The notes below the pieces were generated by a model. The model searched no databases and had not been told where the DNA came from. It was given only the letters and a program-made list of their open reading frames with translations. A DNA stretch of 63,779 bases, filler included, from Octopus bimaculoides (Eukaryota), in assembly GCF_001194135.2 (NCBI RefSeq). It is 6 parts of 6 records of this genome, joined end to end, with 100 filler letters (N's around TTAATTAATTAA, not from the genome) between each part and the next. Parts side by side here need not be neighbours in the genome. Positions count along the whole stretch, not along the records: positions 40,550 to 53,429 come from NC_068985.1; positions 53,530 to 58,694 come from NC_068996.1; positions 58,795 to 62,322 come from NC_068983.1; 3 more parts are not named here. One strand, given 5' to 3'. This document shows positions 49,401-61,189 of the stretch, one piece after another (positions within the stretch are counted from its first letter, which is position 1; every line of letters begins with the position of its first letter). Both the position numbers and the translations under genes were made by a program.

Positions 49401-50789
49401 TCTGTGTCGTCCTGATACTTAGTTGAGCAGTTACAACTTTAGCAGAGGAACAGATGAGGTTATTTAAGGTTAAGTTATTTCCCTTTTTTACTTAAGATCT
49501 GTCTAAGATCAACATTAAATATATCATGATTATGTTGTTTTTTTAATGCTGTTTGAGAACTTTGCCAGTGGTTGTCTATTGATGATGTCAGTAGACTCAG
49601 TCTTGTGAGTTCTCTGATAATATCTTCTTTTGCTTCTATGTTCTGTTTATTATTCACCTCAAATTCTGTGTTATACATATTCTGGTGTTCTTGGGGTAGG
49701 TTTACTTTCTCCTCTTTTTCCACATATCTGCTCATACATTGTTACTTATTTTATCTGTCTTGTTGCTGTTTTCGCTTGGTCTACCATTAGATATTTTTGT
49801 CCTAATTTGGCTAATTTCAACGTCAGTTAACCTTTTATTCTTAATGATGTCTCTACGCACATTACTTAGTTTATTTGCATCTATATATCTGCGTACTTCA
49901 TTATCTATAAAGTTTCTCCATGAAATGTAAATTTGTATTATGAGTTTTTTTTTTGGGGGGGGGGGGGTATTTGAGCTGTATGCAAATCTTTCAACACATC
50001 TCTATAATCCTCTGCAGTGCTTTAGGTGATGTTTTTGGTGGTGTCACTACAGGCCTCGGGTTAGGGTTATCCTGGATCTGGTTACCTAGTAAATCGTCTT
50101 TTAGAGAGTTTGTTCCAGCAACAGACTTTTCAATCCCAGTTTGGTTCCCCTCTGAGTAACGCGGTCCTTGTTGTCCTCGGTAATGACCGATCCGACGTGA
50201 GTTTTGGCTTGTCATTAAGGCATTGACAGTGACTGGCTTCACACCGCTTCCTTCGAATGGATGTATTTATCATATCGTAGGCTGGTAGATCGAAAATCGC
50301 CTCTATTTTCTTTTTGTTGTTTTTTGGTAGCTATGTTTCCCGGCATAACTGCTTGGTTATGTTTTAAACTGAGTGACTAATTTACTCCCTTTTATATTCG
50401 TTTGTGGGAAGTCGCTTTGTTTGTGTTTGTTACGACGTCGCTCGTGACACGTGTTTTCTTTTTCTTTTCCATGTGTGTACGTGTGCCTTGGTTAGGCATT
50501 ATTTCTGTTGCTTATAAACATTAACGTGTGCATGGGTGCATGGACAGTTGCATGTATAGGTAAGTATTCAAATTGTGTACTTACTATGTAAGTGGTGTTT
50601 TTCCAGGTTTCCTGGGGCTGGATTCGACTTCTCGCGTATATTACATAAGAAAGAAACTTCCCTTTATATGACAAAAATTTTTCCGGTTTTTTAGTACGTC
50701 TGCTTTAACGGAACTTTTCCCACACAGTTGTATTGCGAAGTTTTCTTGGATTGAGTTTGTTTGTGGAGAGAGCTTCTTAGTGTACGTCC
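46475..50789 (-). mobile_element. R4/Dong-type LINE, copy A, full length (~4.3 kb), decayed single ORF
   Basis: N-terminal NKLSNVRRDIIKNKRLTDVEI; RT KNYRPIT, DQLLISK, DYRKAFASVPHNW, QSDSLSPLLF, HLLYIDDMK; CCHC-like region; RLE ILWNFPVNTD..IQANRPD...KLSKY...VIVGALG; (TAA)n tail at 46475-46494; 5' end abuts (TAA)n at 50790. Confidence 0.92.
48331..48401. repeat. 20-bp tandem repeat (~3.5 copies) inside the RT of copy A
   Basis: GTGTGTTCCATTAAGGAAAC repeated. Confidence 0.95.
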
Positions 50790-53000
50790 ATTATTATTAT
50801 TATTATTATTTAGTAGTCTTATTTTAGTCACGTGCTTTCACTGCAGCTCTGTGCCTTGGGTAGGTGCTGTTGTTTGCTGTGGTGCTCTTCTTTTCACTGT
50901 ATTGAAAGTGTTTTACGTAGGATGTTTGTAGTGTCTAGTAGTGCTATTTTCTGTATGATATATATATATATTTGTAAGTCCCCGTGCTTTTTGTTTTGTA
51001 TTTGTCTGAATGTTTTATTCCATTTGCTTATCTAGTGTGATGTTACTCTTAACTAGTTTTCCTCTTTTCAGGGTTGCTTTGGCACATTTTTCTAAGCCAA
51101 ATTTTGTTTATTTTGGTAAATCCATGTACTGTCAGTAGTAATGTTTCCAGCTGTTTATCATTTACAGCATACAGTTCTAAATAATCTATATACAAGAGAT
51201 GGTTGATTGTTTTGCCGTAACAGTTGTATCCATAGTCAGTTCTGTTTAGCATGGTTAGCAGAAAAGGAGTGGAGAGAGCGTGTCTCCCTGGAATATTCCT
51301 CTTCTAATAGGGATAGCCTTGGTTTTTATGAGTCCCTCTTTTGTCTGGAGCTGTATTACTGTTTGCCACTTATTTATGGAATGTTTTATATATTTTATGA
51401 TTATTGGTCTCTTTTTTCCTATGGATGTTTTCAGTTCTGGCTTTATTGATCAACAGCTGATCTTTGCATCCGTCAGTGCCATTGCAACATCCCTTCTGTT
51501 CTTCTGGAAACGGGTTGATTTCTTCCAGATGTTTGCCTATTCTCTGTGATATCATTGCAGTAATGGCCTTGTAAATTGTAGGGAGACAAGCTATCGGTCT
51601 GTAATTTTGTGGGTTTGCCGTTTCAGTGGATTTGGAAATTAGGATATTTTCCCCTTCCATGAGCCATTCAGGCATTGTTTCTGACTCTGCTGGTATTTCA
51701 TTAAATTTCTCAGCTAGCGTTTTATGTATTCCTGCTAGATATTTTAACCAGAATTTGAGGATCTTGTCGTGTCCGGGTGCCTTCCAGTTGCTTAGTTTTT
51801 GCAGTACCTGGGTGACCTCTTCAGTTGTTATAGGAGTCCAGAGTTGTTCAAGTGCTGTGTTTGTTATTTTGATAGATCTTTTCTGGGGTTGTTACTTCGC
51901 CGACTATATTTCTTTCCAAAATTCTTCCACTTCTTCTGCTGTTGGTGCTACATCGATCTCTATATTATTTTTTCCAAATTCTTGCTAGAGTTTGTTTTGA
52001 TTAAGGAAACGTTGGCGTTTTTCATAACGGTGGATTATTTTGTGTTTTAGCAAGGATATCTTGCTTTAGCTGTACTTTTGCCTTAGGTATACCATGTTCT
52101 GTAATTTTGTATTTACGTCGTATTTTTCTCCTCTTCATGTTGCTTAGTAGTGTTGATTGTCTATTAGTTTCATTAAGGATTGACAGATCCTTTCTTTTAT
52201 TTTCTTTTTTTTTTTCTAGATATTATTTATCCACAGGGTTTATTTTGGTGGTGATGCTCCTGTTTGGATGGGTTTGATGGGTATCCAGCTTCTTTTGTGG
52301 CCACAAAGGCTGCTGCATATATTATATCATTTAATCTGGTCATATTGACATTTCTTACTGTGGCTATAAGTTCTGTTATTTCTTATTGATGTTGTTTTAT
52401 TATCAATTTTAGTTTTGGGGAATGTACTATCGGTGGTCCATACTGAGGTCTGTGACTTTCAATTCTTTGACTCTTTTTTAGAGTATCACAATCATTAATT
52501 TCGCCTTCACTGTTTCAAGGTTTTAGAGTTGCTTCGTATTCCTCCCGTTCATATTTTTGTCTGTGGTGTTCTGGTTTGGTGCATTCTGCTCATCATTATG
52601 AACTTCTACGGTTTGGGTTTGTTGTGTTTTGTTGCTTCGTTTTTGTTGGACATGTTACGTCTGTCTTCGTATTTTACAGTCCCAGTGCTTATGATATCAT
52701 TTGGCACTATCTACGTTTTCCTGATTAAATTTTCCTTTTAAGTGCTCTATTTCTATTTCTGCGGTTTTTTTTACATTTTGAGAATGTATCTCAGTATGTT
52801 AGCTAATTTATTAGGATTCATTGCTATATCCAAATTTTTATTAACAGGTTATTTTTCTTCCCGATTTTATATGTATATGTTGTTTTTGTTCTGTGGGATA
52901 ATAATTATCGGAGCACTGGGATTGAAATATATTCCTCACGTGTCCATTTATGCTTTTTTGATTTTATTTACAGGACGTGAGGAATAACGCCTGGTCCTTT
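50790..53000 (-). mobile_element. R4/Dong-type LINE, copy C, with a large internal deletion
   Basis: NKLANILRYI, WKAPGHDKILKFWLKYL, PEWLMEGENILISK..NYRPIACLPT..GCKDQLLINK, INHLLYIDYL, then a jump to IQKIALLDTTNILRKTLSIQ*; tail (TAA)7 at 50790-50810; 5' boundary approximate. Confidence 0.85.
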
Positions 53001-53123
53001 ATTCTAATGGATATCACTTTCGTACGGTTCTGGTCCGTTTATTTATGGTGTTAAATGGTTTTGCACGTGTAGATTTTCGTACTTTTTGTGTAAGTACGTA
53101 CTTTCCGTTTAAAACAATGATAA

Positions 53124-53390
53124 TTCATCCATAATAATATATGCTAACATATATATTATATACAAAAACCAGCTTACATAAATTATCATTGTTTTAAATT
53201 ATCATTGCTTTAAATACAATTTGAACGAAGTTTAAGTTTTAAATAATAATGAAGATAAAATCAGTATATATTTAAACGGTGTATTTAAAACAATGATAAT
53301 TTAAAACAATGATAATTTAAAACAATGATAATTTATGTAAGCTGGTTTTTGTATATAATATATATGTTAGCATATATTATTATGGATGAA
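53124..53390. repeat. inverted repeat with 84-bp identical arms and 17-bp subterminal repeats
   Basis: TTCATCCATAATAATATATGCTAAC...AAATTATCATTG is the exact reverse complement of the right arm; (AAACAATGATAATTTAA)n units. Confidence 0.93.
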
Positions 53391-54437
53391 GGGATGATTA
53401 TTGAATGTTTATTATTTTGATATTTTGATNNNNNNNNNNNNNNNNNNNNNNNNNNNNNNNNNNNNNNNNNNNNTTAATTAATTAANNNNNNNNNNNNNNN
53501 NNNNNNNNNNNNNNNNNNNNNNNNNNNNNAGGATGAAAGAAGTAAAAAATAAATAGAAAAAATTGAACTAAAATCGTCAGTAAGTCACATACTGTTAACC
53601 TGTGTGTGTGTGTGAGAGAGAGAGGGAGAGAGAGACAGAGACAGAGAGAAATTGAGTGTGTGTGTTAATATTTGCCTGTGCGATGTATAGACAAAAAAAA
53701 AAAAAGAGAGAGAGCGAGGGGAAGCAGAAAAGAACGAGTGTGTGATAGATACAGCGTCACAGAAGATACACGATTTTATAAGAAGCCTGCTTATATACAA
53801 AGACAGACATGTAGATAAAAATATTTCAATATTACATGGATATATATATATATGGATATGCACGCGCACACGTACAAACACATTTTTTTGATTGACTCCT
53901 TACTGATGTATAGGGTAGATGACGCCAACTCCCACAGCAGAATTTGAACTCAAAACGGAAAGAAACATCGTAGACGCATTAAGCAGAGATCTGTTTATTT
54001 ATTATTTTGGTTTGTCTGCCTACCGGTTCCGCCACCACCGCACCCTAATCTATTGTCTCCTAAAAGACAAAAAAAAAAAAAAAAATGGGGAGAGATAGAC
54101 CCTTATGACTCCTACGGTAAGGGTGGAATAGTGACTGAAAAGAGGGTGGATGAACTGCCATGCTTAATAAAAGATGGTTTTTAATACTCCAAACGGTGAT
54201 TTTTTTTTTTGCTCGATGTTCAGGGTGAATGGTAACTTGCTGGAACCTTTCACTCTGTCAAGGGTCCTCTCTCTCTTTCTCTCTCTCCCCATCTGTACGT
54301 ACTGCCTCACAAACCGCTACTGCGGGAACTAGAAATATTGAGGGACATTCCGTGTGAACTAGGATCTGGAAGAACCGTGTTGGCATACAAAGACGATGTC
54401 ACCTTTATTCGGACACCAAACACATTGAGGTGATCGA

Positions 54438-55453
54438 CGGTAGTTCTCAACCAGGGTCCACATGATTCTTAGTGGGTCCATATAAGATTTTGTCCACTAA
54501 AATTTATCTGCGATAAAACTTCTATATACTTCTTTAATATTAAAAACATTTTAACGATTACTATTATAATTTTTGGTACTTTTTGGTTATCTCACCCCCA
54601 TTGAAAAATTATTATCTCCCCTCCCCCGTTTTACGAGAATTGTTGGTACTTTTTGTAATCTCCGTCAACTGAAAAAATTGTTCAGTAAAACAAAAAACAA
54701 AAAAATAAACATAGGCGCAGGAGTGGCTGTGTGATAAGTAGATTGCTTGCTTGCCAACCACATGGTTCCAGGTTCAGTCACACTGCGTGGAGCCTTGGGC
54801 AAGTGTCTTCTACAATAGCCTTGTGAGTGGATTTGGTAGACGGAAACTGAAAGAAGCCCGTCGTATATATATATATTTATATATATATATATGTGTGTGT
54901 GTGTCTGTGTTTGTCTTCCCAACATCGCTTGACAACCGATGCTGGTGTGTTTACGTCCCCGTAACTTAGCGGTTCGGCAAAAAAGAGACCGACAGGCTTT
55001 CAAAGAATAAGTCCTGGGGTCGACTTGCTGGACTAAAGGTGGTGCTCCAGCATAGCCGCAGTCAAATGACTGAAACAAGTAAAAGTGAGTAAAAGATAGT
55101 ATGGAAAATGAAGAGATGAAACGTCGTTTTGAATCTGTTAGTATTTTTACAACTCATACCATTCCTACTGAGGAGGTCAAAGGTCAACAATGTGTTGAAG
55201 TATTGAATCAAAAGGATCTAACTCTTTTAATCCAAAATCGATTTGTTGTGGGGAGATAACCCAATTTTTTAATGGCAATTTTTTTAATGGGGTTGAGATA
55301 ACCGAAAAGGACCTAATTTTTTATATAGCTCCTAATAATATTTAATTGTAAAAAAATAAATTATGTTTTTCCACATCGAATGGCTAGTAGGGTCCATCTG
55401 AGTGAAATAGGAATCAAAGGGGTCAATAGGGAAGAATTGGTTGAGAAACACTG
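54438..55453. mobile_element. probable hAT-type MITE interrupted by a SINE
   Basis: Ends CGGTAGTTCTCAACC / GGTTGAGAAACACTG resemble CAGTGGTTCTCAACC hAT TIRs; shared subterminal GGGTCCA; no matching 8-bp TSD. Confidence 0.5.
54714..55096 (+). mobile_element. SINE family A, full-length reference copy
   Basis: GGCGCAGGAGTGGCTGTGTGATAAG head, AGGTTCAGTC box B, internal (TA)n(TG)n tract, 3' half ending GAAACAAGTAAAAG with a short tandem tail. Confidence 0.9.
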
Positions 55454-55582
55454 CTCTAAAGGAATATGAAGCGGTGACAGGATCAATAAGTAACTAGACG
55501 TCGTAGCAAGTGGAGAGATAGTCTCATGCCAACAAATAGTGTTGTGGAGCGCTGGACGACCGGAGAGAATGGTTAAATCGGT

Positions 55583-56144
55583 GGATCTTTTTTAAAACGG
55601 GGGCCACATTTTTCATTAACGAAACACTTTGAAACTTGGAACACTGGTAGAATGTGTCATATAAAACATCTTTTTCTCTTAGTCTTCTTAAAAAAAAGAA
55701 GAAATCCCTAAGTTATTCCATGTTAAAGTTNNNNNNNNNNNNNNNNNNNNNNNNNNNNNNNNNCCGACTACATAAACAAACGATTCTGAAACAATTCTAT
55801 CGGTGATAGGGTTAGGGTTAGGGTTAGGGTTAGGGTAAAAGAGCAAATTTAAAAAGAAAAAAGCAAATAAAACGAAGAAAAAAAAAGAAAATGAAAAAAG
55901 CAAATAAAACGAAGCTATGGCTTAATCAGCCAAAGGAGTAAATATAAACAACTGAATACTTGTCAGTGATTGGTTGAAATTATCGAAATAAGACAATTTT
56001 TTACATGAAATAAATTCGAATACAAAAATATTTTTGTTCTATAACACAAAATAGATAAGTATACGAAGTTTGAAAGTCTTTCGGTACCAAAAACACTACG
56101 TAAAACATTAATGAAAAATGTGGCCCCCGTTTTAAAAAAGATCC
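55583..56144. mobile_element. MITE with perfect 37-bp TIRs, 8-bp TSD and internal (TTAGGG)n
   Basis: TIR GGATCTTTTTTAAAACGGGGGCCACATTTTTCATTAA at 55583-55619 and its reverse complement at 56108-56144; flanks AAATCGGT / AAATTGGT; contains a 33-N gap. Confidence 0.88.
55807..55836 (+). repeat. short interstitial telomeric-type repeat (TTAGGG)4
   Basis: ATAGGGTTAGGGTTAGGGTTAGGGTTAGGGTAA. Confidence 0.95.
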
Positions 56145-56159
56145 AAATTGGTCAGGGTT

Positions 56160-56820
56160 TGGTTTGGTTTTTGTTGGAAGAAAAGAACTTAGAAGAGGTG
56201 ACGAGGAGGTGGCTATTGTCACCCAGAAATGGGCCAAGAGAAAGCGCAATCCCTGAAAGGTCGGCGGAATGTCGAATGCTTACGTAACATCAGTCATCGA
56301 CTGTCAGCTGATCGCCGTGCCTCACACCTCTTTATGGCTGACCGGGATAGAGCGCCTTGCTCTTCCACTTTCTGTGCTGCGTGGAGGGTTGGGCAAGCCG
56401 TCACTGATGATGCGCAGACGTGCGCTGAAGCTGCAACGTCTCCAGCGTTTCCTTGGTGGAGATTAGGAGTGGTCACCGTTTGCTAGACGAGCTTTTCCGA
56501 AGTTTGTCTCTTTGACAGAGTCTTAGTTGTGGATCAAGAGTAGACCGATCCAGGCCACCTGGCACTTAGTGTCGTCAGGTGCACACAGTTCTCTGTCATT
56601 CGGTTGGCGTGGTCGGATGCTCCATGATGGTATTCTACAGAGGAGACTGGGCCTCCATCAAAATTGGCTGATCTTTCTCGGCCCCGAGTTGGCATAGAGG
56701 TCTCAAAACTCAAGTGTGCCGAGATAGCCACGAACCTGTCTTTTGGTTCTCTAGCCACCCAGCTCCATATAGGCTGAAGCCCTCACCTTTTTCTCGTCAT
56801 CCATGTGCTCTACTTAAAAA
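56160..56820 (+). pseudogene. L1/Tx1-like LINE ORF2 fragment (post-RT region)
   Basis: LPLSVLRGGLGKPSLMMRRRALKLQRLQRFLGGD*EWSPFARRAFP resembles the GGLG.P motif downstream of non-LTR RT; degenerate. Confidence 0.55.
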
Positions 56821-56850
56821 AGAAAAAAAATTGTATTGTGTCACCTTTGC

Positions 56851-56950
56851 GCAGGTATGGCTGTATGTTTAAGAAGCTCGCTTTGTGAACATATGGTTTC
56901 GGGTTTAGTCCTACTGCATGTGACCTTAGGCAAGTGTTTTCTACTACAGC
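56851..56950 (+). mobile_element. SINE family A, 5' part
   Basis: GCGCAGGTATGGCTGT...TTCGGGTTTAGTCC...GGCAAGTGTTTTCTACTACAGCC. Confidence 0.75.
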
Positions 56951-56984
56951 CTTGAAACGTGGCTCTGAGCACTTTATATATGTT

Positions 56985-57243
56985 TTATCTTTTACTTGTT
57001 ACAGTCATTTTTTTTCAGGATTTTTTTCTAGGTCAGGTACTTATTCTATCGGCTCCTTTTGCCGAACTCCTAAGTGTTACGGGAGCGTAAATACACCAAC
57101 ACCGGTTGTTAAGCGGTGATGGGGTACAGACACAAGCACAAAATACTGGCACTATAAGTAGAAGAAACCCATGAAGACACAGTAGGACTGAGCCTGGGGC
57201 TATGTGGTTGAGAAAGCTACTTACCACACAGCTACGTCTGCAC
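56985..57243 (-). mobile_element. SINE family A, internally deleted
   Basis: CTTTTACTTGTTACAGTCATT...TTTTGCCGAAC...ACCACACAGCTAC. Confidence 0.7.
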
Positions 57244-58623
57244 CCCCCCCCNNNNNNNNNNNNNNNNNNNNNNNNNNNNNNNNNNNNNNNNNNNNNNNNN
57301 NNNNNNNNNNNNNNNNNNNNNNNNNNNNNNNNNNNNNNNNNNNNNNNNNNNNNNNNNNNNNNNNNNNNNNNNNNNNNNNNNNNNNNNNNNNNNNNNNNNN
57401 NNNNNNNNNNNNNNNNNNNNNNNNNNNNNNNNNNNNNNNNNNNNNNNNNNNNNNNNNNNNNNNNNNNNNNNNNNNNNNNNNNNNNNNNNNNNNNNNNNNN
57501 NNNNNNNNNNNNNNNNNNNNNNNNNNNNNNNNNNNNNNNNNNNNNNNNNNNNNNNNNNNNNNNNNNNNNNNNNNNNNNNNNNNNNNNNNNNNNNNNNNNN
57601 NNNNNNNNNNNNNNNNNNNNNNNNNNNNNNNNNNNNNNNNNNNNNNNNNNNNNNNNNNNNNNNNNNNNNNNNNNNNNNNNNNNNNNNNNNNNNNNNNNNN
57701 NNNNNNNNNNNNNNNNNNNNNNNNNNNNNNNNNNNNNNNNNNNNNNNNNNNNNNNNNNNNNNNNNNNNNNNNNNNNNNNNNNNNNNNNNNNNNNNNNNNN
57801 NNNNNNNNNNNNNNNNNNNNNNNNNNNNNNNNNNNNNNNNNNNNNNNNNNNNNNNNNNNNNNNNNNNNNNNNNNNNNNNNNNNNNNNNNNNNNNNNNNNN
57901 NNNNNNNNNNNNNNNNNNNNNNNNNNNNNNNNNNNNNNNNNNNNNNNNNNNNNNNNNNNNNNNTATATATATATGTATGTGCTGGTGCGTGTATCAAAAT
58001 ACATTATAAATACCTATTACTTTATATATATATAGTATATATTGTATGCGTGTGTGTGTGTGTGTGTATAGTGTATTTATATATTGTGTATCCATATATA
58101 TATATAAATTGTGTATCTGTGTGTGTGTGTGTGTGTGTGTATCTACTGCATGCTTAGTATATAAGGGTGTGGGACACACAGTAATGATTCATGTCTCTGT
58201 TAAGATTCTCACTGATCACGATCGCGTGAACGGTGGTGGTGGTGGTGGTGGTGTTGTTATTGGAAGTGGTGGGATGGATTGTATACAGTGTGTAGGTGTG
58301 TGTGCGTGCGTCTCTGTGTGTGTATGCGTGTGCGCGCGAGTTCAGATTGATGAGCGAAAGGGCTTCACATCCGACACAGGTATTACTAGTCAAAAGTGTT
58401 TTGTGACAGCTGACTACAATTGATTAACACTGTCATATCATATACGACATTGTCCAATCTACAAAGGATATGTAACGTTTTTGTTGTTGTTTTGTATCTT
58501 TATATGTTTATTTTATTGTTGTACCTATCTTTGGATAGGGCAATGGTGGACGTTAAAGAGGGGGGTTAGTTGTAGATAACTATCTTAAGACTATGTTTCA
58601 GCCGAGCGCAAATGTACATATAA

Positions 58624-58661
<38 letters not shown>

Positions 58662-58663
58662 AC

Positions 58664-58694
<31 letters not shown>

Positions 58695-58794
58695 NNNNNN
58701 NNNNNNNNNNNNNNNNNNNNNNNNNNNNNNNNNNNNNNTTAATTAATTAANNNNNNNNNNNNNNNNNNNNNNNNNNNNNNNNNNNNNNNNNNNN

Positions 58795-59785
58795 AACCCC
58801 ATGCTTTCTTAGGACACCCCAAGTCTCCTAATCTGCACCAACGCGAGCATTAAAATCACCCAAAATGACAACTTTGTCATCATGGGGAATATTGCGTATA
58901 ATCTCTGTAAGTGACAGATAGAAGGCAAGTTAATCATCCTCTGATGAATTCATAGTTGGAGCAGAGTGTTGCAGAGCGATCTTTTCTTAATGGCAGCCTT
59001 AAAGACATTAAACGATCCGAATGACCACATGGTAGTTCCTCAAGTTTTGAAGCCAGAATGGTTTTGATAGCAAATCCCACTCCTGATTCTTTCTTATAGG
59101 TCTTCTCTCTACCGCTCCAAAAGGATGTTATCCAGCAGATTTCTCTGCGAAATTCCCCTTTCCATGGATTCTTGTTTCGGCTAATGCTACATCCATATCA
59201 TATCGCTGTAAATCTTTTGCAACAAGCGCGGGTCTTCTCTCTGGACGAGATTTCAGACAATCATCGTCTTATAACGTTCGAACATTCCAACATCCTATAG
59301 TCATAGGCTTGCATCTTAACTCGAACTTACTCACAGTTGCAGAATGACGATCGGATCAGGCTGTGGTACCCTGGGACACCTGCTGGGCCAGACCACAGAA
59401 CAAAATGTTCCAGAGTCCTTTTTGACATTTACTTCATTATCAATATGAACTTACATTGTTTAGATGTGCCTTTTTAAGCTTCGGCCAGCCATGTACATAC
59501 AAGATGTGCATTTCTTTTTCCTCTCCAGTAATACCTGTGCTTGACACTTTTTAAAGTGAGGAAAAGCTTTTCACCACAACCATTCCCACTCTCTAAACTA
59601 CAAAGCATGATCCAAAAAGAAGAGCAAGTCGACATCATTGGCTGCATTTTCAGTCGCAGGTTTTATATCAGAGTGTCCTTCTCTCAGTCTTTGCCCAACC
59701 TAAGGCTAACTACAAAACAGCAGTTTCTCCTAGATAGACTGCCTTCGCCATGGTTTGGGTAAACAGAGGAGCTCTATCCACCCCT
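58795..59785 (-). mobile_element. RTE-clade LINE 5' part (5' UTR plus APE endonuclease), cut by a contig join
   Basis: Minus-strand pieces WNVRTL, RPERRPALVAKDLQRYD, ETRIHG, PTMNSSEDD, DKVVILGDFNARVGAD*ETWGVLRKHG. Confidence 0.85.
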
Positions 59786-59940
59786 CATCTATTTAACAAT
59801 AAAATAAAATAAGAGAAATAACAACAAATTGAAAATTGGGATAAAAACTGAGTAAATTTTAAAATAAGATTGACATACAATGTATACAATTTAAAAACAC
59901 AATATGCAATGTGTACATACACAAGCTGAAATACCGTATT

Positions 59941-59990
<50 letters not shown>

Positions 59991-60054
59991 TGAGTTTAAA
60001 ACGCAATATATATATACAATACACACGCACAAACACTCCACAAACACACGTACT

Positions 60055-60250
60055 TGAATGGCCGTTGACTACTTTGCAGTTCTTCCACCCTTTGACGGGT
60101 CTTATTTCTTAATGCCTCAGGGTGTCCAACAAGCATGCACCTCACCAAGCAAGCCTGGTTGGGTTGCCAGTTTAGTCGCCGACGACCCGGCTATGGAACA
60201 GGTTGTACTGGACTACATGGTACCAGTAGCACTGAAGAGCGACCTGACAT
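60055..60250 (+). mobile_element. unclassified interspersed-repeat fragment
   Basis: GC-richer island with GCCTGGTTGGGTTGCCAGTTTAG, loosely like the RTE leader motif at 59660-59785. Confidence 0.25.
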
Positions 60251-60277
60251 AATATATATATATATATATATATACAT

Positions 60278-60335
<58 letters not shown>

Positions 60336-61108
60336 TTGTATATAAATGACTGTCTAACTGTCTAGTATAGAAATGACATATCAGAGTGCTTCGCTAGTGC
60401 TATATAGTCAGATGACAGTTCCGATTCGCTAATTTCCAAGATGCTTCCTAAAACTGATATAATTTAAACAACGTTTGTAAACAACAATAGCAAGATTTAA
60501 TAAGAGAAAAAATGTACGTCAACAAATAAATAAAAAAAGAGTTTCAGAGATAAAAAAAAAAATATGGAAAGGCAAAACTGACGACATCACAAACGAAATA
60601 GCTTGTCTTGTGAGGAGATAGGTGGTATTGTAATAAAAGTGGGGAAAATGGCGGAAAAGGAAATTACACAGAAGGAAAAAAATACTCTGCGGAAACAATA
60701 AAGATAACAAAAAAAACAAGAAGAATAACAACTATTACAAGAGCAACAGCAACAGCAACAACAATAACTGGCAGAAGCGGAATAAGAAGGAAGACAAACA
60801 GAACTCAGTAGGAATAATGAAGAACCATACAAACAACAGTGTTATAAACTCTTTCAGATTTTTTTACTTCAAATCTTTTCATTATGTCTACTTTGGTTAG
60901 CTTGTATTCACAGACACACACACTTACACACACTCACACAAATGCACACACACACAATCACACACACACACACACACACACATACGCACACAACCCCTCC
61001 CTCTCTCTCACTGTCTCTCTTTTTCTGTGTCTATATTACTCATTAACACATTAAGATAGAACTGGCTGGTATATGTATACATATATACATACATATATAC
61101 ATACATAC

Positions 61109-61141
<33 letters not shown>

Positions 61142-61142
61142 C

Positions 61143-61189
<47 letters not shown>

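Noticed and set aside
52901-52925. Plus-strand IIIGALG, resembling the RLE-end motif
   Set aside because: Isolated 7-residue match inside the 5' region of a minus-strand LINE, with no neighbouring motifs.
55807-55836. TTAGGG run as a true telomere or fusion scar
   Set aside because: Only four full units, no inverted counterpart, and enclosed by TIRs with a TSD.
56404-56440. CTGATGA-T-GCGCA(GACG)TGCGC-TGAAG as a hammerhead
   Set aside because: Lacks GAAA and stems I and III, and lies within a LINE coding remnant (SLMMRRRALKL).
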